Assembly (NCBI GenBank): GCA_964588985.1
Contig: CAZPQW010000037.1
Span: 1-24,422, forward strand
From: an uncultured Solirubrobacteraceae bacterium
Lineage (GTDB): Bacteria > Actinomycetota > Thermoleophilia > Solirubrobacterales > Solirubrobacteraceae
Direction of reading: 5' to 3'
Length of the DNA stretch: 24,422 nucleotides
Under the pieces are notes generated by a model that searched no databases, was not told the origin of the DNA, and was given only the letters and a program-made list of their open reading frames with translations. Both the position numbers and the translations under genes were made by a program. Shown one piece after another: positions 6,382 to 15,128 of the stretch (positions are counted from its first letter, which is position 1; the number at the start of each line of letters is the position of its first letter).

Positions 6382-7467
6382 ATGATCTACGCCACCCCCC
6401 AACTCGACGCGCAGCTGAGAGAGGATCTCGTCGAGCTCGACCGGCTCTGCGACGAGTTGAGCTCCCGTGCCGGTGGCGCTGGGCCATGGCTCGGAAGGCT
6501 GCGGCGGCAGTGGCGAGCGTCCTCTGCCGAGAGCTCGATCGAGATCGAGGGCTTCAGCGTGCCGAGCGGGGAGAGGCTCGCGATCACAAGCGGGACGGAG
6601 TCGGCGGATCCAACAGACGAAGACCGCATGGCGCTCGCCAGCTACGCGCGAGCGATGGACCATGTGGGTGTCATGGCGGCAGACGAGAGGTTTGAGTGGG
6701 TTGAGCGTGTCGTCCTCGATCTGCATTTCGACGCCTGCTACTTCCAGAGAGACAAACATCCAGGCCTGTATCGCAAGACCGGCATCGCGGTCACGAGTGC
6801 CGAAGGCCAGCCCCACGCATTCGTCGGTCCGCCGCCGGAGGAGGTCGGAGCGCTCATGGGAGCGGTCACGAGATGGCTTAGCTCGGGTGATCTCGACGCG
6901 CACCTCGTCGTCCGTGCGGCGATGGCCCATCTGCACGTAGTCTCGGTCCACCCGTTCGAGGATGGCAACGGGCGGATCTCGCGGGTCGTTCAGTCTCTCG
7001 TCCTGGCGCTTGGTGGCCTGCTCGCGCCTGAGTTCGTGACCATCGAGGAATACCTGGGGGAGCGCACCGATGCTTATTACGCGGCGCTGCAGGAGGTCCA
7101 AGGTGGCTCCTACCAGCCGCAGCGCGACGCGACGCCCTTCGTGCGTCTCTGCGTCGAAGCGCATCTGGCGCAGGCGCGACGGCGACTGATGCAGCTGGAC
7201 CGGGCGGCCCGACGGTGGAGCTACCTCGAGGGGCTCGTCGAGGAGCGGGGCTGGCCGGATCGCCTCGTTGTCGCGCTGGAGCAGAGCCTCTTCGACGGTA
7301 CCGATCGCACCAAGTACGCAGCCGAAGCCGGCGTGTCGGCGCCCACGGCGAGCAACGACCTGCGTCGCCTGCTGGACGCCGGATTGATTACGCAGCGGGG
7401 TCGGGGACCGACGACGCGCTATGTCGCGAGCGAGGACTTGGCTGTTCAGGCCGTACCAGTGACCTGA
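6382..7467 (+). CDS. Fic family protein with C-terminal winged HTH
   Basis: HPFEDGNGRISR catalytic motif; N-terminal SSIEIEG inhibitory motif; C-terminal YAAEAGVSAPTASNDLRRL HTH. Confidence 0.93.
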   Translation: MIYATPQLDAQLREDLVELDRLCDELSSRAGGAGPWLGRLRRQWRASSAESSIEIEGFSVPSGERLAITSGTESADPTDEDRMALASYARAMDHVGVMAADERFEWVERVVLDLHFDACYFQRDKHPGLYRKTGIAVTSAEGQPHAFVGPPPEEVGALMGAVTRWLSSGDLDAHLVVRAAMAHLHVVSVHPFEDGNGRISRVVQSLVLALGGLLAPEFVTIEEYLGERTDAYYAALQEVQGGSYQPQRDATPFVRLCVEAHLAQARRRLMQLDRAARRWSYLEGLVEERGWPDRLVVALEQSLFDGTDRTKYAAEAGVSAPTASNDLRRLLDAGLITQRGRGPTTRYVASEDLAVQAVPVT

Positions 7468-7596
7468 AGTCCCCGACGGGACCGAGGTGTTGCAGCTTGT
7501 CGAGGTTTACGACCGAGCTGATGCTCGCGATCTGGCCGTCTGCGATGTCTGAGGTGCGTCAGACTCAACCTGGGCAGTTACCTGCTCGGCCATGCG

Positions 7597-8193
7597 TCAC
7601 CAACCCCCTGGCGGGCCGACCGACAGGCCGCGGAAGGCTCCTGTACGGATGTGGCCAAGGTAGTACCGGGGCGATGCGAAGTACCTTCGCGTGCCACTCA
7701 CTTCGTCGTTGGCGAGGACGCGCACCCGCAGATATGCCGCGGGAGTGGCGGCGAGCAATGTCTCGAGCAAGATCGGCTGTTGGCTGGCCGGGTCGATTTT
7801 GGCCACCGCAAGCAGCCGAGGGCTCACGTCCTGCCAAAGCTGAGGCCGCATATCCAGTCTCACAATTCGGCTTACTCGAGGCCGCAGCTGCAAGACCGAC
7901 TCGGCTACAGGATGAAGTTTGAGCATCGAGAAGGTCTTTATGGCCGGCACCTCGTTGTATGTGATCAGTTCACTTCCGAGATGCAGAGACACCGAGAACG
8001 CCAGATCCACCGCGCCACGCCGGCCTCCGTTCAGGATCTTGAAGCGATAGGTGACGTCGCCGTTGTGTGTGAGGCGACTGATTCCCTTGGCAAATTCCAG
8101 CTTCGGGACGACGACGCGCAGCTGAATCCACCACAGGACGAGCGATAGAGCGAAGCCCAGCAGCGCTCCGAGCAGCAGACTCGCCCAGTCCAT
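7597..8193 (-). CDS. Hypothetical membrane-anchored protein
   Basis: N-terminal hydrophobic helix WASLLLGALLGFALSLVLWWI followed by a beta-rich domain; TACGCT lies 6 nt before ATG 8193. Confidence 0.65.
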   Translation of the reverse strand: MDWASLLLGALLGFALSLVLWWIQLRVVVPKLEFAKGISRLTHNGDVTYRFKILNGGRRGAVDLAFSVSLHLGSELITYNEVPAIKTFSMLKLHPVAESVLQLRPRVSRIVRLDMRPQLWQDVSPRLLAVAKIDPASQQPILLETLLAATPAAYLRVRVLANDEVSGTRRYFASPRYYLGHIRTGAFRGLSVGPPGGW

Positions 8194-8300
8194 GTGCACA
8201 GCGTATCCAGTGCAACGAGCTGGGTTTCGGCGGCCGCGCGACTAGAACAACAGTCCAGTACGGGCTCGGTAGCCGTCCACCCCCGCCTACGATCGCTCAC

Positions 8301-9950
8301 ATGGCGGGGGCCACCTCAGTAACCGATGCATCGCGCGTGGGAGCGAAGCGGTCGGCGGGCGCCCCCGCCTCCAACCAGGACCAGCTGACCCTCGCGCGGA
8401 AACGAAGCAAGGCCAAGCACCCCCACACCACTCACGGCAAGCCCGCCAAGCACCACGCCAAGCGCGGGCATTCCAAGCACAAGCGTCGCAAGCACCACCG
8501 CCATCACAAGCACCACAAGCACGTGTCGGGGCTGCCGGGAGCACCAGCTCCGCCGCCGATCCCGGTCAACCCGCCGCCGCCGTCGGGCTCGCCGCCTCCC
8601 GCGCAGAGCACGCCGATCACCCTCGCCCAGGCCCGCCGGCTGCTGTGGCGCGCGGGCTTTGGGCCGACGCCAGGTCAGGCCGAGGGGCTCGCCGGTCAGC
8701 CGCTCGAACAGGTCGTGCAGAGCCTCACGCGCCCGTCAGGGTCCGCGACGCTGACGGGCCCCGAACCGACCGACGACGAAGGCAACGCGCTCGAACCTGC
8801 CGACGCGTGGGGGCAGGACCACTGCTGGTGGCTGGACCGCATGGTCCGCTCTGACCAGCAGCTGGTGGAGCGGATGACGTTCATCTGGCACGACTGGTTC
8901 GCGAACTCCAACGGCAAGGTCGGCAGCCAGCAGCAGATGCTCGACCAGAACGAGCTGTTCCGTGCGAACGCGCTCGGCAGCTTCCACGACCTGTTCCTCG
9001 CGGTGACGACGAACCCGGCGATGCTGGTGTTCCTCGACGGGATCTACAACGACAGGTACGAACCGAACGAGAACTACGCGCGCGAGATGATGGAGCTGTT
9101 CTCGCTCGGCGCCGACCGCGGCGCCTACACCGAGACCGACATCCGCGAAATGGCGCGCGCGCTCACGGGCTGGTCGGCGGAATGGACCCAGAGCAGCGGA
9201 CTGCAGAACTTCCACTTCGACGCCACGCGTCACGACAAAGGCAACAAGACGGTGTTCGGGCAGACCGGCAACTGGGGCTGGGAAGACGCGGTCCGCCTGT
9301 GCGTCACCCATCCGCTGCACGCGTCGTTCTTCGTGAGCAAGCTGTGGAGTTACTTCGTGCCGAGCCCGCCCGACGAACCGACGCTCGCCTCGCTGCAGGG
9401 TCTCTACATGAGCTCGGGCTACAGCATTCGCGCGGTCGTCGAGGCGATCCTCCAGCACCCTGACTTCCTCGACGGCCCCGAGCTGGTGACCCCGCCCGTG
9501 GTCTACAACGCGGGCCTCCTGCGAGCGATCGGCCGGCCGATCGACACGACCGCGTGGGCGTGGCTGTCGGCCGGCGCGGGGCAGCAGCTGTTCTACCCGC
9601 CGAACGTCTCAGGCTGGGACTTCACCCGCTGGCTGGACACCTCGACCGCCAAGGCGCGCTGGGAAATCGCGAGCTATGTGACCGCCAAGACCTACGCCGA
9701 CCCGTGGCCCCCTGAAGGACAGCCCTCCTACAGCGAAATCGAGACCCCCGCGCAGGCGCTCGAAAGCGCCCTCTCCTACTGGGCCAACCCGCCGCTCTCG
9801 AGCGAATCCCACGAATGCATCGCGGCCTTCGCCCACTCGTGCCTCGAAGAAGTGGCGACTGCGAAATGGCAGCAGAGCCCCTACCGTGCGATCCGCCAGA
9901 ACGCGCTGCGCATGCTCATCGCCACCTCCCCCGACATGCAGGTGAGCTGA
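8301..9950 (+). CDS. DUF1800 family protein with His/Lys-rich and Pro-rich N-terminus
   Basis: LLWRAGFG, QLVERMTFIWHDWF, PAMLVFLDG, PNENYAREMMELFSLG, GQQLFYPPNVSGW; TACGAT lies 7 nt before the ATG. Confidence 0.9.
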   Translation: MAGATSVTDASRVGAKRSAGAPASNQDQLTLARKRSKAKHPHTTHGKPAKHHAKRGHSKHKRRKHHRHHKHHKHVSGLPGAPAPPPIPVNPPPPSGSPPPAQSTPITLAQARRLLWRAGFGPTPGQAEGLAGQPLEQVVQSLTRPSGSATLTGPEPTDDEGNALEPADAWGQDHCWWLDRMVRSDQQLVERMTFIWHDWFANSNGKVGSQQQMLDQNELFRANALGSFHDLFLAVTTNPAMLVFLDGIYNDRYEPNENYAREMMELFSLGADRGAYTETDIREMARALTGWSAEWTQSSGLQNFHFDATRHDKGNKTVFGQTGNWGWEDAVRLCVTHPLHASFFVSKLWSYFVPSPPDEPTLASLQGLYMSSGYSIRAVVEAILQHPDFLDGPELVTPPVVYNAGLLRAIGRPIDTTAWAWLSAGAGQQLFYPPNVSGWDFTRWLDTSTAKARWEIASYVTAKTYADPWPPEGQPSYSEIETPAQALESALSYWANPPLSSESHECIAAFAHSCLEEVATAKWQQSPYRAIRQNALRMLIATSPDMQVS

Positions 9951-9952
9951 AC

Positions 9953-11368
9953 ATGGCCCGCAGCTGCTCCTGCAACGACTTCACCCGCTCGCAGCTGCTG
10001 CGCGCGGGGGTCGCCCAGGCCGGGCGCGGCCTGCCGCGGATCGAGCCGGGGATGCCGCTGCCCGCCGGCACGGGCATGGACAGGCGCTCGTTCCTGCTGC
10101 GCTCGAGCGGTGCGATGCTCGCGATCTACGGCGCCTCGGCGCTCTCGCCTCGTCATCTGGAAGAGGGCATCGCGCAGGCGGCCGCCGCCGCGCCGCCCAA
10201 ACAGCCGGTGCTGGTGTCGATCTTCATGGAAGGCGGCTGGGATGCCCTGTCGGTGCTCGCGCCCGTCAAGGAAGCCCGCTACCACGAACTGCGCCCCACG
10301 CTCGGGCTGCAGGAAGGCGCGGGCGTGCCGTTCAGCGAGGACGAAAACATGATGTGGCACCCGAGCGCGGGCGGGCTCGCGCAGCTGCACGGCGAGGGCA
10401 AGGTGTCGGTGTTCCCCGCGATCGGCTACGACCCGCCCGACGAGAGCCACTTCACGAGCCGCCACTACTGGGAGGTGGGGGAGCTGAACGCTCAGACGCG
10501 ATCGGGCTGGATGGGCCGCTACCTAGACATCGCGGGCGACCCCGCCAACCCGCTGCAGGGGCTCTCCCTCGACTACTCCCTCGCCCCGGCGCTCGCGACG
10601 ACGAAGGTGCCGGTGGCGGCGGTGTCGACGCCGTCGGACTACAACTTCTGGGCCTACGGCCTCGACGAACCACTCGCCGCGCCCGCGCTCGACACGTTCG
10701 GCCAGCTCGGCGCGTTCCCCGCCTCCTCACCCGCGCTCGCCCAGGCGCGCGCCGCGTCGTTCGACACCAGCATCATCCGCAACCAGATCGCGCCGTTCGC
10801 CGAACAGGAAGGCAAACCCGCGTTCACCTCGCCTGTCGCCTACCCCAGCTCCGGCGGTGACTTCCCGGTCCGCCTGGCGGTGCTCGCGGCGATGCTCGCC
10901 GACGAAGCGCTCCCGATCAAATGCGTGTCGCTCAACGCGGTCGGCTCCTACGACACGCACTCCGACGAGAGCGAAACCCTCGCCACCAACCTCACGGAGA
11001 CGATCGAATCCGTAGTCGCGTTCCAGCGCGATCTCGAAGCACGCGGGCTCGACGACCGCGTGGTGATCCAGCTGTGGTCCGAGTTCGGACGCCGCCCGCG
11101 CGAAAACGGGTCGGGCACCGATCACGGAGCCGCGGGCGTCGCGTTCCTGATCGGCAGCCGGGTGGCGGGCAAGATGGTCGGCGAATTCCCGGGGCTCTCG
11201 AAACTCGACCCCAACGAAAACACCGTCAACACGTCCGACTTCCGCGCGATGTACGCGGCGCTGCTCGGCCAGTGGTTCCAGACCGAAGCCGGCCTCGTGA
11301 TCCCCGAAGCGGGCACCGGCCTCGAAGGCCCGAGCCCGTACGGCACGATCCCCCAGCTGATCGTCTGA
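9953..11368 (+). CDS. DUF1501 family protein (Tat-like signal)
   Basis: MDRRSFL twin-arginine motif; IFMEGGWDAL, SHF, YDTH, SEFGR, GTDHG, DFRAMYA; 2 bp after the DUF1800 stop. Confidence 0.9.
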   Translation: MARSCSCNDFTRSQLLRAGVAQAGRGLPRIEPGMPLPAGTGMDRRSFLLRSSGAMLAIYGASALSPRHLEEGIAQAAAAAPPKQPVLVSIFMEGGWDALSVLAPVKEARYHELRPTLGLQEGAGVPFSEDENMMWHPSAGGLAQLHGEGKVSVFPAIGYDPPDESHFTSRHYWEVGELNAQTRSGWMGRYLDIAGDPANPLQGLSLDYSLAPALATTKVPVAAVSTPSDYNFWAYGLDEPLAAPALDTFGQLGAFPASSPALAQARAASFDTSIIRNQIAPFAEQEGKPAFTSPVAYPSSGGDFPVRLAVLAAMLADEALPIKCVSLNAVGSYDTHSDESETLATNLTETIESVVAFQRDLEARGLDDRVVIQLWSEFGRRPRENGSGTDHGAAGVAFLIGSRVAGKMVGEFPGLSKLDPNENTVNTSDFRAMYAALLGQWFQTEAGLVIPEAGTGLEGPSPYGTIPQLIV

Positions 11369-12006
11369 TGCGCAGGGCGAGCAGGCACCTCTCGGCGCTC
11401 GTCCTCTGCGGCGTGTGCGTGCTCGGCGCGCTGGCCGCGATCGCGGTGGCGGCCCCCGCCAAGAAGAGCGCCCGTCGCTCGAGCGCTCGCCACGCGGTTC
11501 GGTGTGGAACGCGAAAGAGTGCGCACGGCCGCCGGCACGAACCCCGCTGTCACAGCGCGCGCCGCAACGCCACGCACCACTCCGTCCCCGCGACGACGCC
11601 TGGAACCGGCGGGTCTCCTGCGGGGGAAGGCGGAAGTGGCTCCGGCAGCTCGTCCACCGGGCCGGTGGTCACCGCGCCGAGCTCGCCGTCGCAACCGAGC
11701 GCTCCCGGCAGCCCGCCGCCTTCGGTCCCGCGCGTGCAGGTGACCGCCGTCGAGTACAGCTTCACGCTGTCTCGCACGACGGTGCCCGCGGGGAAGGTGA
11801 TCCTCGAGCTGGTCAACCACGGACAGGACGAACACAACCTCAACGCCGCGCTCGCCGAACAGGCTCCGGCGGGATCGCTGCCAAACACCGCCGCCGGCGC
11901 TGTGAAGGACCAGACGGTGGAATTGCGCCCCGGCACCTACATGCTGTTCTGCTCGCTCCCCGAACACGCGAAGAAAGGCATGAAGGCCACGCTGGTCGTT
12001 GAATGA
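11368..12006 (+). CDS. Secreted cupredoxin (plastocyanin/sulfocyanin-like) protein
   Basis: Signal peptide, low-complexity linker, then HNL...PGTYMLFCSLPEHAKKGM type-1 copper ligands (H, C, H, M); TGATG overlap with DUF1501. Confidence 0.85.
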   Translation: MRRASRHLSALVLCGVCVLGALAAIAVAAPAKKSARRSSARHAVRCGTRKSAHGRRHEPRCHSARRNATHHSVPATTPGTGGSPAGEGGSGSGSSSTGPVVTAPSSPSQPSAPGSPPPSVPRVQVTAVEYSFTLSRTTVPAGKVILELVNHGQDEHNLNAALAEQAPAGSLPNTAAGAVKDQTVELRPGTYMLFCSLPEHAKKGMKATLVVE

Positions 12007-12025
12007 GCAGTCGGCTAGCGCCGCT

Positions 12026-13312
12026 CTACTGAACGCGCGATGATGGGCGCCTCGGAACGCTCCGCTGCGGCGGCGAGAAGCGCGTGTCGGCCTCTGGGCT
12101 AGCCAGCTGTCGCTCGAGATCGGTGAACGCGTCGATCAGCTCCGCCGCCTCGAAGGCGCGGTTGCGTCGTCCGATGGTGACCTGCTTCAGGACTCCGGCG
12201 TCGAGCAGACGTGGGATCGCGTTGTTGACCGCTTGCTCGCTGCGGCCGATCAGCGTCGCGGCGGTCTGGACCGTGACGACCGGAGCGCCGGGCAGCGCGC
12301 CGAGCAGCCGATCGACGGTCGAGTTTGCCCGAAAGCGGCCCAGTCGCTCGCGCCACCGAAGCCGGATGTCGGCAACGCGCTGCTCGTAGACCTCCGCGTC
12401 GGCAACTGCCCTGGTGGTCGCTGCTGCGAACAGGGCGATCCACGCGTTCAGCCCCTCGAACGCTTCCGCCGAGCTTGCGCCAGGGCGATAGCGCGTAGCG
12501 ACGAGTCCTTTGACGTAGTCCTGCGACCAGGTGGCCAGCACCAGTGACACCGGTGGCAGTGCCAGGGGGGCAACCCCGCGACGCCGGAGGATCATGTGGA
12601 TCAAAGCGCGGCCGGTCCGACCGTTGCCGTCGATGAATGGATGGATCGTCTCGAACTGCGAATGAGCGAGCGCCGCTTGCGCAACCGGTGGCAGGGTATC
12701 CTCGCTGCAGAACGTGCATAGGTCTTCGAGAAGCTCTACGACGCGATCGGGCGGCGCTGGAACGAAGTCGGCCGAGCACGGGTTGTACGAGCTCCCGCCG
12801 ATCCAGTTCTGCTGGTGGCGGAGCTCACCGCCGTAACGCTCAAGCGTCGTTCCACGCAGCAAGCGCTCGTGAGCAGCCAGGAGATTGTCGACCGTGATCG
12901 CGTCAGATGTGGTGGCCACCTCCACCGCCGAGCGCATCGCCTCGATGTTGTTGAGCACCTCCGTCGCCGTCACGTCGGATGGATCCACGCCGATGCCATT
13001 AGCCAGCTGGGCCTTCAGCAGCCGGCGGCCGCCCACCTCGAGCCCCTCGATCTTCGAAGAGGCGACGGCCTCGGCCCGCAACAGCAGGCGCGCGATTGCC
13101 TCCGAGTCCGCCAGTCCGCTCGTTGCTCGGTTGAGCTTTTCCACGGCTCGTTCCGCGTCCGCGACATCGGCTGCCGTCTCGCCGCTGAGGGCGATCGTCG
13201 ACGCGCTCAGCCGATCGGGGACATACGCCTCGTAGGCGCATCCGCGTCGTGCGCTGCGTGGCAGTCCAGAGGATGGATCTGCGGGCCATTGAAGCTTGAT
13301 CAGCTCAGGCAT
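12026..13312 (-). CDS. Fic family protein
   Basis: HPFIDGNGRTGR; ASSKIEG inhibitory motif; QNWIGGS; C-terminal HTH-like segment; TAACCT lies 7 nt before ATG 13312. Confidence 0.93.
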   Translation of the reverse strand: MPELIKLQWPADPSSGLPRSARRGCAYEAYVPDRLSASTIALSGETAADVADAERAVEKLNRATSGLADSEAIARLLLRAEAVASSKIEGLEVGGRRLLKAQLANGIGVDPSDVTATEVLNNIEAMRSAVEVATTSDAITVDNLLAAHERLLRGTTLERYGGELRHQQNWIGGSSYNPCSADFVPAPPDRVVELLEDLCTFCSEDTLPPVAQAALAHSQFETIHPFIDGNGRTGRALIHMILRRRGVAPLALPPVSLVLATWSQDYVKGLVATRYRPGASSAEAFEGLNAWIALFAAATTRAVADAEVYEQRVADIRLRWRERLGRFRANSTVDRLLGALPGAPVVTVQTAATLIGRSEQAVNNAIPRLLDAGVLKQVTIGRRNRAFEAAELIDAFTDLERQLASPEADTRFSPPQRSVPRRPSSRVQ

Positions 13313-13339
13313 GTAGTCAAGGTTATCAACTAAGCTTGA
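13313..13339 (-). promoter_or_regulatory. Leaderless promoter and palindromic operator of the second fic gene
   Basis: TCAAGGTTA-N5-TAAGCTTGA (13317-13339, 8/9 inverted repeat) overlaps the -10 TAACCT (13325-13320). Confidence 0.55.
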
Positions 13340-13394
13340 ATAAGAGGCCACGTAAGCGCCCGCTTGCCGCCGCCGCCTCCGGGAGGATTTCGCG

Positions 13395-15128
13395 ATGCTC
13401 ACGACACGCTCCCGGCTCCTCCCGCTCACATTCGTCTTGACCTTCCTGGGCCTGGCAAGTTCGGCCGCCTCGGCAACAGCAGCGACGGCTCCGCCTACGC
13501 TGACCGCGCCTACGAGCTCCGAGGCCACCGCCTCGCCGCTGGCCGTCAGCTACGAACTGCCCGAAGCCGCCGGTGCGGGCACCGTCAGGCTGACCTTCAG
13601 CAAAGGCGCCTCGCACGTCTTCGTCACCCTCGCCGACGCTGAGGGCACGATGGGCAAACACTCCTTCAGCCTCGACGTCCACAACCTCACGGCCGAACCG
13701 TCGATTGTCGTAGCGGCTTCGGAAGGCTCGCTGCCGGACGGGGAATACAGCGTGAGGCTCTCCTACCAGGACGTCGGCTTCGATCCGGCGGCCTCCGTCG
13801 AAGTCACGAAAGTCACGCTGCAGACGGTCACCCAGGCTCCATCGCTGACGAGCCCGCCGACCGAAGCACTGTTCGACAAAGCCTTCGACGTGGAATACAC
13901 CCTCCCCGAAGCGGCGCTCGCGAAATCGGTGAAGCTGCTGTTCAACGGCGAAGCCCACGGCCTGCAGACGATCAAACTCGAAAACACGGCAGCCGGATCG
14001 CACACGATCGTCATCGACCCGTCCAACCCCGGCGGCGAACCCGGAGTGGAAAGCGCGCCGGCGTCGCTGCCGTTCGACACCTACACGGTCACGGTCTCCT
14101 ATCAGGACGCGCTCTCCAACCCTGAAGCCTCTTCGAGCCCGATCAAGCTCACCATCGCTCCCCCGCTGTGTGTGGCGGGCGCCTTCTCGGAATCCGGTCG
14201 CGAACCCTGCGTAGAAGCTCCGGCCGGCACTTACGTGGAAGGCGAAGGCGCGACCAGTGCCACCGAATGCATAGCGGGCACGTACAACCCCGAAAGTGGC
14301 TCGACCTCGGGATCCGACTGCCTGACCGACGGGCTCGGGCACGCCTCGCCGGCGGGCTCGAGCGAACAGATCGAATGCGAAGCGGGCCGCTTCGCCTCGG
14401 AAACCCACATGGGCGCCTGTGCTCCCGCCCGGCCGGGCCATCACGTGTCGGGAGCAGGCGCGATCGCGGATGAAGAATGCGAACCGGGCACCTTCGCGGC
14501 CTCCTCCGGCAGCACCGAATGTATGCCGGCTCCAGCCGGCTCCTACGTCGAATCCGCCGAAGCGAGTACGGCGAAGCCCTGTCCCGCCGGCACCTTTGCA
14601 TCCGTGTCGCGCTCCGTCCATTGCACGCAGACGCCGGTCAACACGTATGCGACGGGCGGTGCGATCGAACCGACACCATGCCCGACGGGGACCGAAGCTC
14701 CAGCCGGAGCGTCCTCGTGCACAACGATCTCCACGTCGCCCCCGGGCACCTCGACGATCACCACGACCATCGGCATCCGGTCGGCCGTGACGTTCACCTT
14801 GTCGGCTCCCCGCAAGCAGGTCTCGTTGCGGCGCACCCGCGCTCAGATCTATGTCGTGGGCTGCAGCGCCGCGGAAGCGGTCATCGCGCGCGTGAGCGCG
14901 ACGATCAGGGTCGGCCGCACGCGTGTGCGCCTGACAGCGGCTTCGAGGACGATCGAATGCTCTGCTGGTAAGACGGTGAGCGAGCGGGTGCGCTTCAAGT
15001 TGAACGGGAAGGCCAGGCGACTGCTCGCGCGACGCGGAGCCAAGGTGACGCTGTCGGTCGTCCTGTACCCGATGGGTGCGGCGACGAACACGAGCATCGC
15101 GAAGGGCAGTGTGCGCGGAAAGAGGTGA
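13395..15128 (+). CDS. Secreted protein with two Ig-like repeats, Cys-rich GCC2/GCC3 (ephrin-receptor-like) repeats and a basic C-terminal domain
   Basis: Signal peptide; duplicated PxLTxP...YxLPEAA...SLP..Y.V..SYQD unit; repeated CxxG(T/R/A)(F/Y)...C..APAG units; GGGAGG RBS. Confidence 0.8.
   Translation: MLTTRSRLLPLTFVLTFLGLASSAASATAATAPPTLTAPTSSEATASPLAVSYELPEAAGAGTVRLTFSKGASHVFVTLADAEGTMGKHSFSLDVHNLTAEPSIVVAASEGSLPDGEYSVRLSYQDVGFDPAASVEVTKVTLQTVTQAPSLTSPPTEALFDKAFDVEYTLPEAALAKSVKLLFNGEAHGLQTIKLENTAAGSHTIVIDPSNPGGEPGVESAPASLPFDTYTVTVSYQDALSNPEASSSPIKLTIAPPLCVAGAFSESGREPCVEAPAGTYVEGEGATSATECIAGTYNPESGSTSGSDCLTDGLGHASPAGSSEQIECEAGRFASETHMGACAPARPGHHVSGAGAIADEECEPGTFAASSGSTECMPAPAGSYVESAEASTAKPCPAGTFASVSRSVHCTQTPVNTYATGGAIEPTPCPTGTEAPAGASSCTTISTSPPGTSTITTTIGIRSAVTFTLSAPRKQVSLRRTRAQIYVVGCSAAEAVIARVSATIRVGRTRVRLTAASRTIECSAGKTVSERVRFKLNGKARRLLARRGAKVTLSVVLYPMGAATNTSIAKGSVRGKR

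Noticed and set aside
7468-7596. GTCCCCGAC after the first fic gene as a fourth att core
   Set aside because: Only a partial core match and no upstream ACCGCA arm pair
9815-13528. Longer ORF-track starts (9815, 10921, 13528; also 5277, 17291, 21623, 22385 minus)
   Set aside because: Most extensions overlap neighbouring genes or promoters, and better starts have RBS, stop-start overlap or leaderless -10 support
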